This document shows, in pieces, positions 51,578 through 64,000 of a stretch of 64,000 nt of DNA. Location: assembly GCF_056746865.1 (NCBI RefSeq), contig NZ_CM163382.1; one strand, written 5' to 3'. The notes beneath the pieces were generated by a model. That model did not search any database. It was not told where the DNA came from and saw only the letters and a program-made list of their open reading frames with translations. The position numbers and the translations under genes are program-made. How positions within the stretch are numbered: position 1 is the first letter of the stretch; the number at the start of each line of letters is the position of its first letter.

Positions 51578-52351
51578 TCAGAATTTCCAGGTCAGATGGG
51601 CTGCAAGTTGCAGACCGTTATAATCATCGGTTGGGGTGTCGTACCACACTTTACCTGCCGTCAGCCCGAGATTAAGTTGCTCAGTCAGCGGTTGAATACG
51701 TTGCAAACTGACGCTCTTCATGCTGCCGTAGCGTGTTTCTGGCGTCCAGTCATAGGTGTAAGCACCTGTTCCGCGGCTTAGCCATAGTTGCGTATAACCA
51801 GTGCCGCGCGGGTCATTCAGACGCACGGAAATCATATTGCTGTAACTACCACCTGCATCGCTGGAGTCATAATGGGTATAGCGGTAGCTGGAGATCACCG
51901 GGCCAGTATAGAGTGATACGCCGCCTTGCCAGGCATCGACTTCGACATCATCGTAATATTTAGTGTAGCGATAACCGGTCGTGAAAAGCGTTTTTGGCAA
52001 CAGTGCCAGGTTAATATCCTGACGAAAATCCTGGCGGGCAAAGACCGGCGTATTATCCGCAAAGGCAATACCCATTCGGGTTGTCAGCCAGTTATTCCAT
52101 TTATACCAGACCGCACCCTGACCGCGAGTGGCATTGAAATGTTCAGTTTCATAATCACGACGCCCCTGGGAAAGATTAAAAAGCAGCGTTGCGTTTTCAA
52201 CTTTCGCCACCAGTTCAGCATACGCTAAATTACGGTTGCCATGATCGCCAGAATAATCGGTAAAATCGTAGCCCGCGGTAATGGAAGTTAACCCGGCATA
52301 AGCGGGCAATGTGCTAAAAATTGCTGCCGCTAATAACGTCCGTTTTATCAT
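51578..52351 (-). CDS. yaiO: outer membrane beta-barrel protein
   Basis: ORF track 257 aa; signal peptide; C-terminal aromatic residue (WKF). Confidence 0.9.
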   Translation of the reverse strand: MIKRTLLAAAIFSTLPAYAGLTSITAGYDFTDYSGDHGNRNLAYAELVAKVENATLLFNLSQGRRDYETEHFNATRGQGAVWYKWNNWLTTRMGIAFADNTPVFARQDFRQDINLALLPKTLFTTGYRYTKYYDDVEVDAWQGGVSLYTGPVISSYRYTHYDSSDAGGSYSNMISVRLNDPRGTGYTQLWLSRGTGAYTYDWTPETRYGSMKSVSLQRIQPLTEQLNLGLTAGKVWYDTPTDDYNGLQLAAHLTWKF

Positions 52352-52352
52352 T

Positions 52353-53045
52353 TTAATCTCCTGTACGGATAAGTTCTTGTCGGAGTGAATAAGTTCCGGG
52401 AGGTAAATTACGTTCTACAATCACGCGCGGGCCAAGTTGCGTGTTCGGGGAAATAATTCGCCCAGGCAAAATAATAACTTGTACGCCAAGGCGTGAACGC
52501 TGCCCGATATAACAACCTAATTTATCGCATCCGGTAGCGATAATTCCCTCTGGAGTTCGAACAGACACGGGCTGTTGATCCAGACGATGATTACTGGTAC
52601 GTACTTGTGCGCCCAAATATGCCTGGTTTGCAACTACCGAGTCGGCGATAAAGCATTGCGGACCAATCGTTGCTTCCGCTTCAATAACCGCATTTTTAAT
52701 TTCGGTGGCGAAACCAATTTTTACGCCATTGCTGATTATTGTGCCAGGACGAATAAACGCATAATTACCTATCAGGCAGTTTGCGCCAATCACTACCGGA
52801 CCCTGAATAACGGCACCGTGACAAATACGGGTATTCGCGCCGATAACAACTTCACCTGCAGTTTCATCAATAATTACCTGGTCTGCAATCTGAATATTTT
52901 TCTCTTTAACATTAAGCTTCAGAAAGTTTTTCAGTTCCTGTGACAGAAGGTTGGGAATAAGAGGTTGACGCTTCCACCAGTGCGGAATAGCGGGTGGGTT
53001 TGTCGCGCTGAGGTTCGCGTCCAGTAAAAAAGGCAATAAGTCCAT
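52353..53045 (-). CDS. yaiX: hexapeptide-repeat acyltransferase, apparently intact
   Basis: ORF track frame 52353..53063 (236 aa); left-handed beta-helix repeats; 5' end overlaps yaiP 3' end by more than 130 bp so the true start is uncertain. Confidence 0.65.
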   Translation of the reverse strand: MDLLPFLLDANLSATNPPAIPHWWKRQPLIPNLLSQELKNFLKLNVKEKNIQIADQVIIDETAGEVVIGANTRICHGAVIQGPVVIGANCLIGNYAFIRPGTIISNGVKIGFATEIKNAVIEAEATIGPQCFIADSVVANQAYLGAQVRTSNHRLDQQPVSVRTPEGIIATGCDKLGCYIGQRSRLGVQVIILPGRIISPNTQLGPRVIVERNLPPGTYSLRQELIRTGD

Positions 53046-54108
53046 AAATAATCCAGATGGCATAAGCTAATAATACATACACAACGGAAAGCGGTGCTAA
53101 AGGCACCAACAACCAGCAACGATGAAACCAGGCGCTAAAAGCACCAATAACACAAACTACGCCGACCCAGATAAGCGGAAACATTGCCAACACCACACCA
53201 TACGGCCCGGTGGTGATGAATTCATTAAACCAGGTAGTGAGATAAATCCCAACGCCATAAAGCACAACCAACAGCATAGGAAATATACTGAAGATACCGA
53301 AGCGGCTAAATAAAAGCCTTTTATGCAGGCGCATACAGACCGCGTAGCCCACAATCCAACGCCGCCAGCGACGCCATTCCTCACGCGGGCTGTTGCATTC
53401 CTGTGGGTATACGATGCAGCGATTCGCCTGCCGAATACGATAGCCGTTTGCCACCAATGTCCAGGTGAGATCAAGGTCTTCGACTTTAGTACGATCAGAG
53501 AAACCGAACTTACGCAATACATCAGTACGGAACATCCCGCAGGCACCGCTGATAATAAACGGTGCGCCGCCCAGGAGCTGCTGTAGCGTGCGCTTCATAA
53601 CAATCATCGGCAACTTTACGGTCGCGCGGATGTGCGGTAACAGACCCGCGCCTTTCAACGCAGTAGAGGGAATGCCGCCTACGGCATCAGCACCGCGCTC
53701 TATTTCTGCAAGCATATAGCCCATTCCGTCTTGATCGGGCGGAACATAGGTGTCGGCATCACTTAAAAAAACCTGGTCGCAGGTGGCGTAATTGAGGCCA
53801 TTCATCAGCGCACCACCTTTACCGGTATTTTTTTGCGTGACGGCAACAAAGCGGTCGCCCCATTTGCGTTTGACTTCCGCCATGACCGCTTCGGTATTGT
53901 CCGTGGAGCCGTCGTTTACGCAAATTACCCGGCAAAAATAAGGATTACGCAGCAGATTATCCAGTGACTGTGCCAGACACGGGCCTTCGTTATAAGCAGG
54001 TATAATGGCGTCAATACAGCCTTTCTTTTGACTGGGTTTACGTTTTAGCGTACTTAAAAACCATAGCAACATTGCTATGGACATACAGATAAATATCCAG
54101 GTTTTCAT
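52912..54108 (-). CDS. yaiP: family 2 glycosyltransferase, membrane-associated
   Basis: ORF track 398 aa; GT-A motifs (VICVNDGSTDNT, DAD); C-terminal TM helices. Confidence 0.85.
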   Translation of the reverse strand: MKTWIFICMSIAMLLWFLSTLKRKPSQKKGCIDAIIPAYNEGPCLAQSLDNLLRNPYFCRVICVNDGSTDNTEAVMAEVKRKWGDRFVAVTQKNTGKGGALMNGLNYATCDQVFLSDADTYVPPDQDGMGYMLAEIERGADAVGGIPSTALKGAGLLPHIRATVKLPMIVMKRTLQQLLGGAPFIISGACGMFRTDVLRKFGFSDRTKVEDLDLTWTLVANGYRIRQANRCIVYPQECNSPREEWRRWRRWIVGYAVCMRLHKRLLFSRFGIFSIFPMLLVVLYGVGIYLTTWFNEFITTGPYGVVLAMFPLIWVGVVCVIGAFSAWFHRCWLLVPLAPLSVVYVLLAYAIWIIYGLIAFFTGREPQRDKPTRYSALVEASTSYSQPSVTGTEKLSEA

Positions 54109-54117
54109 GCAATTTGC

Positions 54118-54789
54118 TCAAAGAATCATTTTATGAATTACAAAGCCTTCACCCAGATCGCTATTGACCTGTTGCCCGCGAAATTGTGCAACTGCACGCA
54201 GGCGATCATGACGCATATAATCGCGTCGTTCCTGGCTTTTATGTTTTTTTAATGCAGCAAGTTTGACTGTGAAATATTCTTCTTTAACGGATTCAAAAAC
54301 CTGAGGCATAAATGAAAGCCAGGTGCTTGGGGTTTCGTAGCCGAGAATTTGTGGAATAGTTCGGCAGGCAACCATTGAAGCTTGATAAACAGCAAGATGA
54401 TCCTGATGGCGGTCGGCATCATGCATGGTATATACCCGCATGATTTCAACATCAGAAGGAATTTGATTTTTAATGATGTCTTCCAGGGCGGAAATCATAT
54501 CATTGAGCTGCAAATGCGCGCGGGTGTCAGCAAAATTAAGATGAATAGTTTGGTGGCACCCTAATATCTTTAGGGCGTTGCGCGATTCTTCATGGCGATC
54601 GATTATTCCATCTGTGCCAGAGTTGCCGGTAGTCATCACCACGGCTGCGATATAAATTCCTTTTTGCGCAAGACGAGCAAGCGACGCGCCACAGCCCAAT
54701 TCTATATCGTCAGGATGTGCGTCAATAGCAAGGATACCCTTTCTTTTATTTGCCGAAGAAAGGATGGCTGAATCTAAAACCTTATCCAC
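54118..54789 (-). CDS. yaiS: PIG-L/LmbE-family deacetylase
   Basis: ORF track 223 aa; N-terminal AHPDDIELG motif; exact start uncertain. Confidence 0.75.
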   Translation of the reverse strand: MDKVLDSAILSSANKRKGILAIDAHPDDIELGCGASLARLAQKGIYIAAVVMTTGNSGTDGIIDRHEESRNALKILGCHQTIHLNFADTRAHLQLNDMISALEDIIKNQIPSDVEIMRVYTMHDADRHQDHLAVYQASMVACRTIPQILGYETPSTWLSFMPQVFESVKEEYFTVKLAALKKHKSQERRDYMRHDRLRAVAQFRGQQVNSDLGEGFVIHKMIL

Positions 54790-55397
54790 TTAATGACACT
54801 CCATTTTATTTATTATACTACAAGCACAACGATGCCCGCAGAGACGTAATCTCTGGCACAGACAGATGCTAATTTTTAAGTGTTAAAAATTACTGATAGC
54901 TGAAAAATAAGGGGCTTTCAGGTACGGGGATACGACTGCGTAATCTTTTATGTAGTTCATATGTTAAGTGTTTGTGTGTTTGGTTTGTATAGTTATTTTG
55001 TTTTATATATTGTATTTAGATGTGATTTAGTTTGTCAATTAATTACATATTAAAAATATGTTCTAGGCACAAATATGGATTATATACATTATGTGAATGT
55101 ATTATGTGGTTGATTGAGAATGATACAGTTATATATGCAATGTGAATATAATGATTTCATTATATGTATTGCTGTTAATAAAATAAAAGACATTATGTTC
55201 TGCTTGTTTATGCATTAATAAAAATGAAGTGCAGTAACTTACTGAATTGTCAGCGTGGGTGTAATTGCATATTTAATCTTTCCTTTGCCGCTTTTTTGCT
55301 AAGAATAAAATCATCTGTGCGATAACGACTAATTCTTTTAATGAATGTTTTTATTCCTGAATACTGCTCCTATAACAAGACAGGGGAGCAGACAATC

Positions 55398-56360
55398 ATG
55401 GCAATTTCATCGCGTAACACACTTCTTGCCGCACTGGCATTCATCGCTTTTCAGGCACAGGCGGTGAACGTCACCGTGGCCTATCAAACCTCCGCTGAAC
55501 CGGCGAAAGTGGCTCAGGCTGATAACACCTTTGCTAAAGAGAGCGGGGCGACGGTGGACTGGCGTAAGTTTGACAGCGGAGCCAGCATCGTGCGGGCGCT
55601 GGCTTCAGGCGATGTCCAAATCGGTAACCTCGGTTCCAGCCCATTAGCGGTGGCAGCCAGCCAACAGGTGCCGATTGAAGTCTTCTTACTGGCGTCAAAA
55701 CTGGGTAACTCCGAAGCGCTGGTGGTAAAGAAAACTATCAGCAAACCGGAAGATCTGATTGGCAAACGCATCGCCGTACCGTTTATCTCCACCACCCATT
55801 ACAGCCTGCTGGCGGCGCTGAAACACTGGGGTATAAAACCCGGACAAGTGGAGATAGTGAACCTGCAGCCACCCGCGATTATCGCCGCATGGCAACGGGG
55901 AGACATTGATGGTGCTTATGTCTGGGCACCGGCGGTTAACGCCCTGGAAAAAGACGGCAAGGTGCTGACCGATTCTGAACAGGTCGGGCAGTGGGGCGCG
56001 CCGACGCTGGATGTTTGGGTAGTGCGCAAAGATTTTGCCGAGAAACATCCTGAGGTCGTGAAAGCGTTCGCTAAAAGCGCCATCGATGCTCAGCAACCGT
56101 ACATTGCTAACCCAGACGCGTGGCTGAAACAGCCGGAAAACATCAGCAAGCTGGCGCGTTTAAGCGGCGTGCCGGAAGGTGACGTGCCGGGGCTGGTGAA
56201 GGGGAATACCTATCTGACGCCGCAGCAACAAACGGCAGAACTGACCGGACCGGTGAACAAAGCAATTATCGACACCGCGCAGTTTTTGAAAGAGCAGGGC
56301 AAAGTCCCCGCCGTGGCGAATGATTACAGCCAGTACGTTACCTCGCGCTTCGTACAATAA
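55398..56360 (+). CDS. tauA: taurine ABC transporter periplasmic binding protein
   Basis: ORF track frame 55341..56360; start set to MAISSRNTLLAALAFIAFQAQA (320 aa); GGGGAG Shine-Dalgarno. Confidence 0.95.
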   Translation: MAISSRNTLLAALAFIAFQAQAVNVTVAYQTSAEPAKVAQADNTFAKESGATVDWRKFDSGASIVRALASGDVQIGNLGSSPLAVAASQQVPIEVFLLASKLGNSEALVVKKTISKPEDLIGKRIAVPFISTTHYSLLAALKHWGIKPGQVEIVNLQPPAIIAAWQRGDIDGAYVWAPAVNALEKDGKVLTDSEQVGQWGAPTLDVWVVRKDFAEKHPEVVKAFAKSAIDAQQPYIANPDAWLKQPENISKLARLSGVPEGDVPGLVKGNTYLTPQQQTAELTGPVNKAIIDTAQFLKEQGKVPAVANDYSQYVTSRFVQ

Positions 56361-56372
56361 AAGGAGGCGCGG

Positions 56373-57140
56373 ATGCTGCAAATCTCTCATCTCTATGCCG
56401 ATTATGGCGGCAAACTGGCGTTGGAAGATATCAACCTGACGCTGGAAAGCGGCGAGCTGCTGGTGGTGCTGGGGCCGTCTGGCTGCGGCAAAACCACCTT
56501 GCTGAATCTGATTGCCGGTTTTGTGCCTTATCAGCATGGCAGCATTCAACTGGCGGGTAAGTGCATTGAGGGACCGGGAGCAGAGCGGGGCGTGGTTTTT
56601 CAGAATGAAGGGCTGTTGCCGTGGCGTAATGTGGTAGACAACGTGGCGTTCGGCCTGCAACTGGCAGGTGTAGAGAAAGCACTGCGCCTGGAAATCGCGC
56701 ACCAGATGCTGAAAAAAGTGGGGCTGGAAGGCGCAGAAAAACGCTATATCTGGCAGCTTTCCGGCGGTCAACGTCAGCGGGTAGGGATTGCCCGCGCGCT
56801 GGCGGCGAATCCCCAGCTGTTATTACTCGACGAACCGTTTGGCGCGCTGGACGCCTTCACCCGCGATCAGATGCAAACTCTGCTGCTGAAACTCTGGCAG
56901 GAGACAGGTAAGCAGGTGCTGTTGATTACCCACGATATAGAAGAAGCGGTGTTTATGGCAACCGAACTGGTTCTGCTTTCACCCGGCCCAGGCCGTGTGC
57001 TGGAGCGGCTGCCGCTCAACTTTGCTCGCCGCTTTGTTGCGGGAGAGTCGAGCCGCAGCATCAAGTCCGATCCACAATTCATCGCCATGCGCGAATATGT
57101 TTTAAGCCGCGTATTTGAGCAACGGGAGGCGTTCTCATGA
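56373..57140 (+). CDS. tauB: taurine ABC transporter ATP-binding protein
   Basis: ORF track 255 aa; Walker [18 protein letters not shown]. Confidence 0.95.
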   Translation: MLQISHLYADYGGKLALEDINLTLESGELLVVLGPSGCGKTTLLNLIAGFVPYQHGSIQLAGKCIEGPGAERGVVFQNEGLLPWRNVVDNVAFGLQLAGVEKALRLEIAHQMLKKVGLEGAEKRYIWQLSGGQRQRVGIARALAANPQLLLLDEPFGALDAFTRDQMQTLLLKLWQETGKQVLLITHDIEEAVFMATELVLLSPGPGRVLERLPLNFARRFVAGESSRSIKSDPQFIAMREYVLSRVFEQREAFS

Positions 57141-57964
57141 GTGTGCTCATTAATGAAAAACTGCATTCGCGGCGGCTGAAATGGCGCTGGCCGCTCTCGC
57201 GTCAGGTGACCTTAAGCATTGGCACGTTAGCGGTTTTACTCACTGTATGGTGGACGGTGGCGGCGCTGCAACTGATTAGCCCGCTGTTTTTGCCGCCGCC
57301 GCAACAAGTACTGGCAAAACTGCTCACCATTGCCGGACCGCAGGGATTTATGGACGCCACCCTGTGGCAGCATCTGGCAGCCAGCCTGACGCGCATTGTG
57401 CTGGCGCTACTTGCGGCGGTGTTGATCGGCATTCCGGTTGGGATCGCCATGGGGCTAAGCCCGACGGTGCGCGGCATTCTGGATCCGATAATTGAATTGT
57501 ATCGCCCGGTGCCGCCGCTGGCGTATTTGCCGCTGATGGTGATCTGGTTTGGTATTGGTGAAACCTCGAAGATCTTACTGATCTATTTAGCGATTTTTGC
57601 ACCTGTGGCGATGTCGGCGCTGGCGGGGGTGAAAAGCGCGCAGCAGGTTCGCATTCGTGCCGCCCAGTCGCTGGGTGCCAGCCGTGCGCAGGTGCTGTGG
57701 TTTGTTATTTTGCCCGGTGCGCTGCCGGAAATTCTCACCGGATTACGCATTGGTCTGGGTGTGGGCTGGTCTACCCTGGTGGCGGCGGAGCTGATTGCCG
57801 CGACGCGCGGTTTGGGTTTTATGGTCCAGTCAGCGGGTGAATTTCTCGCGACTGACGTGGTGCTGGCGGGGATCGCGGTGATTGCGATTATCGCCTTTCT
57901 TTTAGAACTGGGTCTGCGCGCGTTACAGCGCCGCCTCACGCCCTGGCATGGAGAAGTACAATGA
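57137..57964 (+). CDS. tauC: taurine ABC transporter permease
   Basis: ORF track 275 aa; 4-bp overlaps with tauB and tauD. Confidence 0.95.
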   Translation: MSVLINEKLHSRRLKWRWPLSRQVTLSIGTLAVLLTVWWTVAALQLISPLFLPPPQQVLAKLLTIAGPQGFMDATLWQHLAASLTRIVLALLAAVLIGIPVGIAMGLSPTVRGILDPIIELYRPVPPLAYLPLMVIWFGIGETSKILLIYLAIFAPVAMSALAGVKSAQQVRIRAAQSLGASRAQVLWFVILPGALPEILTGLRIGLGVGWSTLVAAELIAATRGLGFMVQSAGEFLATDVVLAGIAVIAIIAFLLELGLRALQRRLTPWHGEVQ

Positions 57965-58598
57965 GTGAACGTCTGAGCATTACCCCGCTGGGGCCGTATA
58001 TTGGCGCACAAATTACGGGTGCCGACCTGACGCGCCCGTTAAGTGATAACCAGTTTGAACAGCTTTACCATGCGGTACTGCGTCATCAGGTGGTGTTTCT
58101 GCGTGAACAGGCCATTACGCCGCAGCAGCAACGCGCGCTGGCCCAGCGTTTTGGCGAGCTGCATATTCATCCTGTTTACCCTCATGCCGAAGGGGTTGAC
58201 GAGATTATCGTACTGGATACTCATAACGATAATCCGCCAGATAACGACAACTGGCATACCGATGTGACATTTATTGAAACGCCTCCTGCTGGGGCGATTC
58301 TGGCGGCGAAAGAGTTACCCTCGACTGGCGGCGATACGCTATGGACCAGCGGTATTGCGGCGTATGAGGCACTCTCTGTTCCCTTCCGCCAGCTGTTGAG
58401 CGGGCTGCGTGCGGAGCATGATTTCCGTAAATCGTTCCCAGAATACAAATACCGCAAAACGGAGGAGGAGCATCAACGCTGGCGCGAGGCGGTCGCGAAA
58501 AATCCGCCGTTACTACATCCGGTGGTGCGAACGCATCCGGTGAGCGGTAAACAGGCGCTGTTTGTGAATGAAGGCTTTACTACGCGATGGATTTGCCC

Positions 58599-59504
58599 CT
58601 ATATTTCCAGACACCTGTTATCACTTAACCCATTACTGGCCCGCTGCCGTAGATATTCCCGTGGCGAGCGATAACCCAGTGCACTATGCGGATGCCATTC
58701 GTTATAATGCTCGAACGCCTCTGCAAGGTTCTTTGCTGCCGTTAACCCGTCTGGTTTAGGCATGATACTGATGTAGTCACGCTTTATCGTTTTCACGAAG
58801 CTCTCTGCTATGCCGTTACTCTCCGGACTCCGCACCGCCGTGTTCTTCGGTTCAAGCCCCAACATCCGGGCAAACTGCCGTGTTTCATTAGCCCGGTAGC
58901 ATGAACCATTATCCGTCAGCCACTCTACTGGAGACGCCGGAAGCTCGTTGCCGAAGCGGCGTTCCACCGCTCCCAGCATTACGTCCTGTACTGTTTCACT
59001 GTCGAAGCCGCCCGTAGTGACTGCCCAGTGCAGTGCCTCACGGTCACAGCAGTCCAGCGCGAACGTGACTCGCAGTTTTTCTCCGTTATCACAGCGGAAC
59101 TCGAACCCGTCAGAGCACCATCGTTGATTGCTTTCTTTCACGGCCACTTTGCCAGTATGTGCCCGTTTCGATGGCGGTACAGCGGTTTTTCGCTCAAGCA
59201 ACAGCGCATTCTGGCGCATGATCCGGTAAACACGTTTGGCATTGATCGCAGGCATACCATCAAGTTCGGCCTGTCTGCGAAGCAGCGCCCATACCCGACG
59301 ATAACCATACGTGGGCAGCTCTCCGATAACATGGTGTATACGGAGAAGCACATCCGTATCATCTGAGTGACGGCTGCGGCGACCATCTTTCCAGTCATCG
59401 GTTCGTCTGAGAATGACGTGCAACTGCGCACGCGACACCCGGAGACAACGGCTGACTAAGCTTACTCCCCATCCCCGGGCAATAAGGGCGCGTGCGCTAT
59501 CCAC
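58599..59504 (-). CDS. insD: IS2 transposase OrfB (InsD)
   Basis: ORF track 301 aa identical to 14757..15662. Confidence 0.95.
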
Positions 59505-59872
59505 TTTTTTGCACGCCCGTATTCAACGGCTTCTTTAAGGAGTTCATTTTCCATCGTTTTTTTGCCGAGCAGGCGCTGGAGTTCTTTAATCTGCTTCATG
59601 GCAGCAGCAAGTTCAGAGGCAGGAACGACCTGCTCTCCTGCGGCCACAGCAGTAAGACTTCCCTCCTGGTATTGCTTGCGCCAGAGAAATAACTGGCTGG
59701 CTGCCACACCGTGTTGCCGGGCAACAAGGGAGACCGTCATTCCCGGTTCAAAACTCTGCTGAACAATAGCGATCTTTTCCTGTGTAGTACGCCGTCTGCG
59801 TTTCTCCGGTCCTAAGACATCAATCATCTGCTCTCCAATGACTAGTCTAAAAACTAGTATTAAGACTATCAC
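59462..59872 (-). CDS. insC: IS2 transposase OrfA (InsC)
   Basis: ORF track 136 aa identical to 14389..14799. Confidence 0.95.
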
Positions 59873-60157
59873 TTATTTAAGTGATATTGGTTGTCTGGAG
59901 ATTCAGGGGGCCAGTCTACGCGAATTGTTGATGTCAGCGAGAAAGAGAGCGAAGCCTTGTTAAGTTTTTTGTTTGCCCATATCACCAAACCGGAGTTTCA
60001 GGTGCGCTGGCGCTGGCAACCAAATGATATTGCGATTTGGGATAACCGCGTGACTCAGCACTATGCCAATGCGGATTACCTGCCACAGCGGCGGATAATG
60101 CATCGGGCGACAATCCTTGGGGATAAACCGTTTTATCGGGCGGGGTAAGGGGGAAAT

Positions 60158-60177
60158 GCCGGGTTGGATAACCCGGC
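60158..60177. terminator. candidate stem-loop terminator between convergent tauD and hemB
   Basis: gccgggtt ggat aacccggc, perfect 8-bp stem; weak flanking T-tracts. Confidence 0.35.
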
Positions 60178-60187
60178 ATAATGATCA

Positions 60188-61162
60188 TTAACGCAGAATC
60201 TTCTTCTCAGCCAAATCCAGCGCAAAGTAGCTGAAAATCAGATCCGCACCCGCACGCTTAATCGAACCTAAGCTTTCGAGCACGACTTTCTCTTCATCTA
60301 TAGCACCCGCCAGCGCGGCGAACTTAATCATCGCATACTCACCGCTCACCTGATACGCGCCAATCGGCAATTCAGTACGTCCACGCAGCTCACGCACGAT
60401 GTCGAGGTACGCTCCAGCTGGTTTCACCATCAGGCAGTCTGCGCCCTGGGCTTCATCCAGCAATGATTCACGAATCGCCTCACGACGGTTCATTGGGTTC
60501 ATCTGATAGCTTTTGCGGTCGCCTTTTAATGCGCTTCCTGCCGCTTCGCGGAACGGGCCATAAAAGGAAGAGGCAAACTTGGTCGAATACGACATAATCG
60601 CCGTATCTTTAAAGCCCGCAGCGTCCAGCGCCTGGCGAATCGCCTGTACCTGACCATCCATCGCGGCGGAAGGGGCGATGAAGTCCGCACCTGCAGCAGC
60701 TGCAACCACGGCTTGCTTGCCTAAATTTTCCAGAGTCGCGTCGTTGTCGACGCCATGCTCGCACAGCACACCGCAGTGACCGTGAGAAGTGTATTCACAA
60801 AAGCAGGTGTCTGACATCACGATCATTTCAGGCACGGTCTGCTTGCAGATGCGCGACATCCGCGCCACCAGTCCATCTTCCCGCCAGGCATCGCTGCCGG
60901 TTTCATCGGTATGGTGAGAGATGCCGAAAGTCATCACGGAACGAATACCGGCGTTGGCGATGCGTTCAATTTCGCGTGCCAGATGTTTCTCAGGAATGCG
61001 CATCACGCCTGGCATGGCTTCAACGGCTTTGTAGTCGTCAATTTCTTCTTCAACAAAGATCGGCAACACCAGGTCGTTAAGGCTAAGTGTTGTCTCTTCA
61101 AACATAGCGCGCAGCGCAGGAGATTTGCGCAGGCGACGAGGGCGTTGGATTAAGTCTGTCAT
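60188..61162 (-). CDS. hemB: porphobilinogen synthase (delta-aminolevulinate dehydratase)
   Basis: ORF track frame 60188..61273; start set to [18 protein letters not shown] (324 aa). Confidence 0.95.
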   Translation of the reverse strand: MTDLIQRPRRLRKSPALRAMFEETTLSLNDLVLPIFVEEEIDDYKAVEAMPGVMRIPEKHLAREIERIANAGIRSVMTFGISHHTDETGSDAWREDGLVARMSRICKQTVPEMIVMSDTCFCEYTSHGHCGVLCEHGVDNDATLENLGKQAVVAAAAGADFIAPSAAMDGQVQAIRQALDAAGFKDTAIMSYSTKFASSFYGPFREAAGSALKGDRKSYQMNPMNRREAIRESLLDEAQGADCLMVKPAGAYLDIVRELRGRTELPIGAYQVSGEYAMIKFAALAGAIDEEKVVLESLGSIKRAGADLIFSYFALDLAEKKILR

Positions 61163-61687
61163 GGTCTGCCTGATGTTTGTGGAATCGAGGGGCATAGTAT
61201 ACCTGAAGCAGGGTGGGGATGTTTTACGAAAGTTGTCGCGATGTTGACAAGAAGAGAATGAAAGAGAGTCCATGACATCTTTGTAATAGAAACAGCAATA
61301 ATTTCATATTCACTGAAAATATTTTTAATTTTTATTTATATCCCTGGATTATTGTTTTTACGGATTTGATTGCGTTATCAAAAACAGAATGATTTAAAGT
61401 TCATTGGTTATTGATAGATTATTTGTCTGGTTTGTGTGTTTGATATTTTAAATGCATATGCTTTAAAAATGGAACTCCTGTTAACTTGTTGAAACATCAA
61501 GCCTTTATCAATTTTTTCTTTGTGTGTTCCTCCGTGCTTTATATATGTCCGTAACCGGACTTCGGGGAAAGAATAATTGAACCATTCCTCTATAACGCCG
61601 CATAATCGTCAACGCGAAACATAAGATGTTTTCTATGCATTGATAATTGATGGATCAACTTATTACGTCCCTGAGGAGGGATGACAA

Positions 61688-64000
<2,313 letters not shown>

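Larger units (their letters stand above)
58588..59918 (-). mobile_element. IS2, second complete copy, inverted relative to the first, with 5-bp target duplication CGCGA
   Basis: tggatttgcccctatatttccagaca at 58588 and ...gggggccagtcta at 59918; cgcga at 58583-58587 and 59919-59923; encoded proteins identical to copy 1. Confidence 0.95.
57961..60148 (+). pseudogene. tauD: taurine dioxygenase gene split by IS2 (codons 1-209 at 57961..58587, codons 210-283 at 59924..60148)
   Basis: N-terminal ORF reads TauD to ...NEGFTTR then IS2 sequence; ORF 59891..60148 resumes [15 protein letters not shown]...; 209+74 = 283 codons. Confidence 0.9.

Overview
This window reads as an ordinary Escherichia coli chromosomal segment, and I do not find a convincing novel system (no defence island, secretion system, biosynthetic cluster, CRISPR, tRNA or rRNA). 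Gene content runs yahC(partial)-yahDEFGIJ, a 5.4-kb ABC-transporter island, yahK, IS2, yahLM, yahN, yahO, prpR-prpBCDE, codBA, cynR-cynTSX, lacAYZ-lacI, mhpR-mhpABCDFE-mhpT, yaiL, frmRAB, yaiO-yaiX-yaiP-yaiS, tauABCD, hemB and the start of a yaiT-like autotransporter. Gene names are assigned from recalled E. coli K-12 protein sequences and synteny, not from any database search. The strain is not K-12-identical: it carries an ASCH-protein plus sugar-type ABC transporter island between yahJ and yahK, two IS2 copies with their own 5-bp target duplications (one 62 bp upstream of yahL, one splitting tauD), an in-frame TGA truncating yahN, and three substitutions in the lac control region. The loci most worth follow-up are the uncharacterised yahDEFGIJ cluster, which looks paralogous to the allantoin-region fdrA-ylbE-ylbF-ybcF module, and the transporter island.
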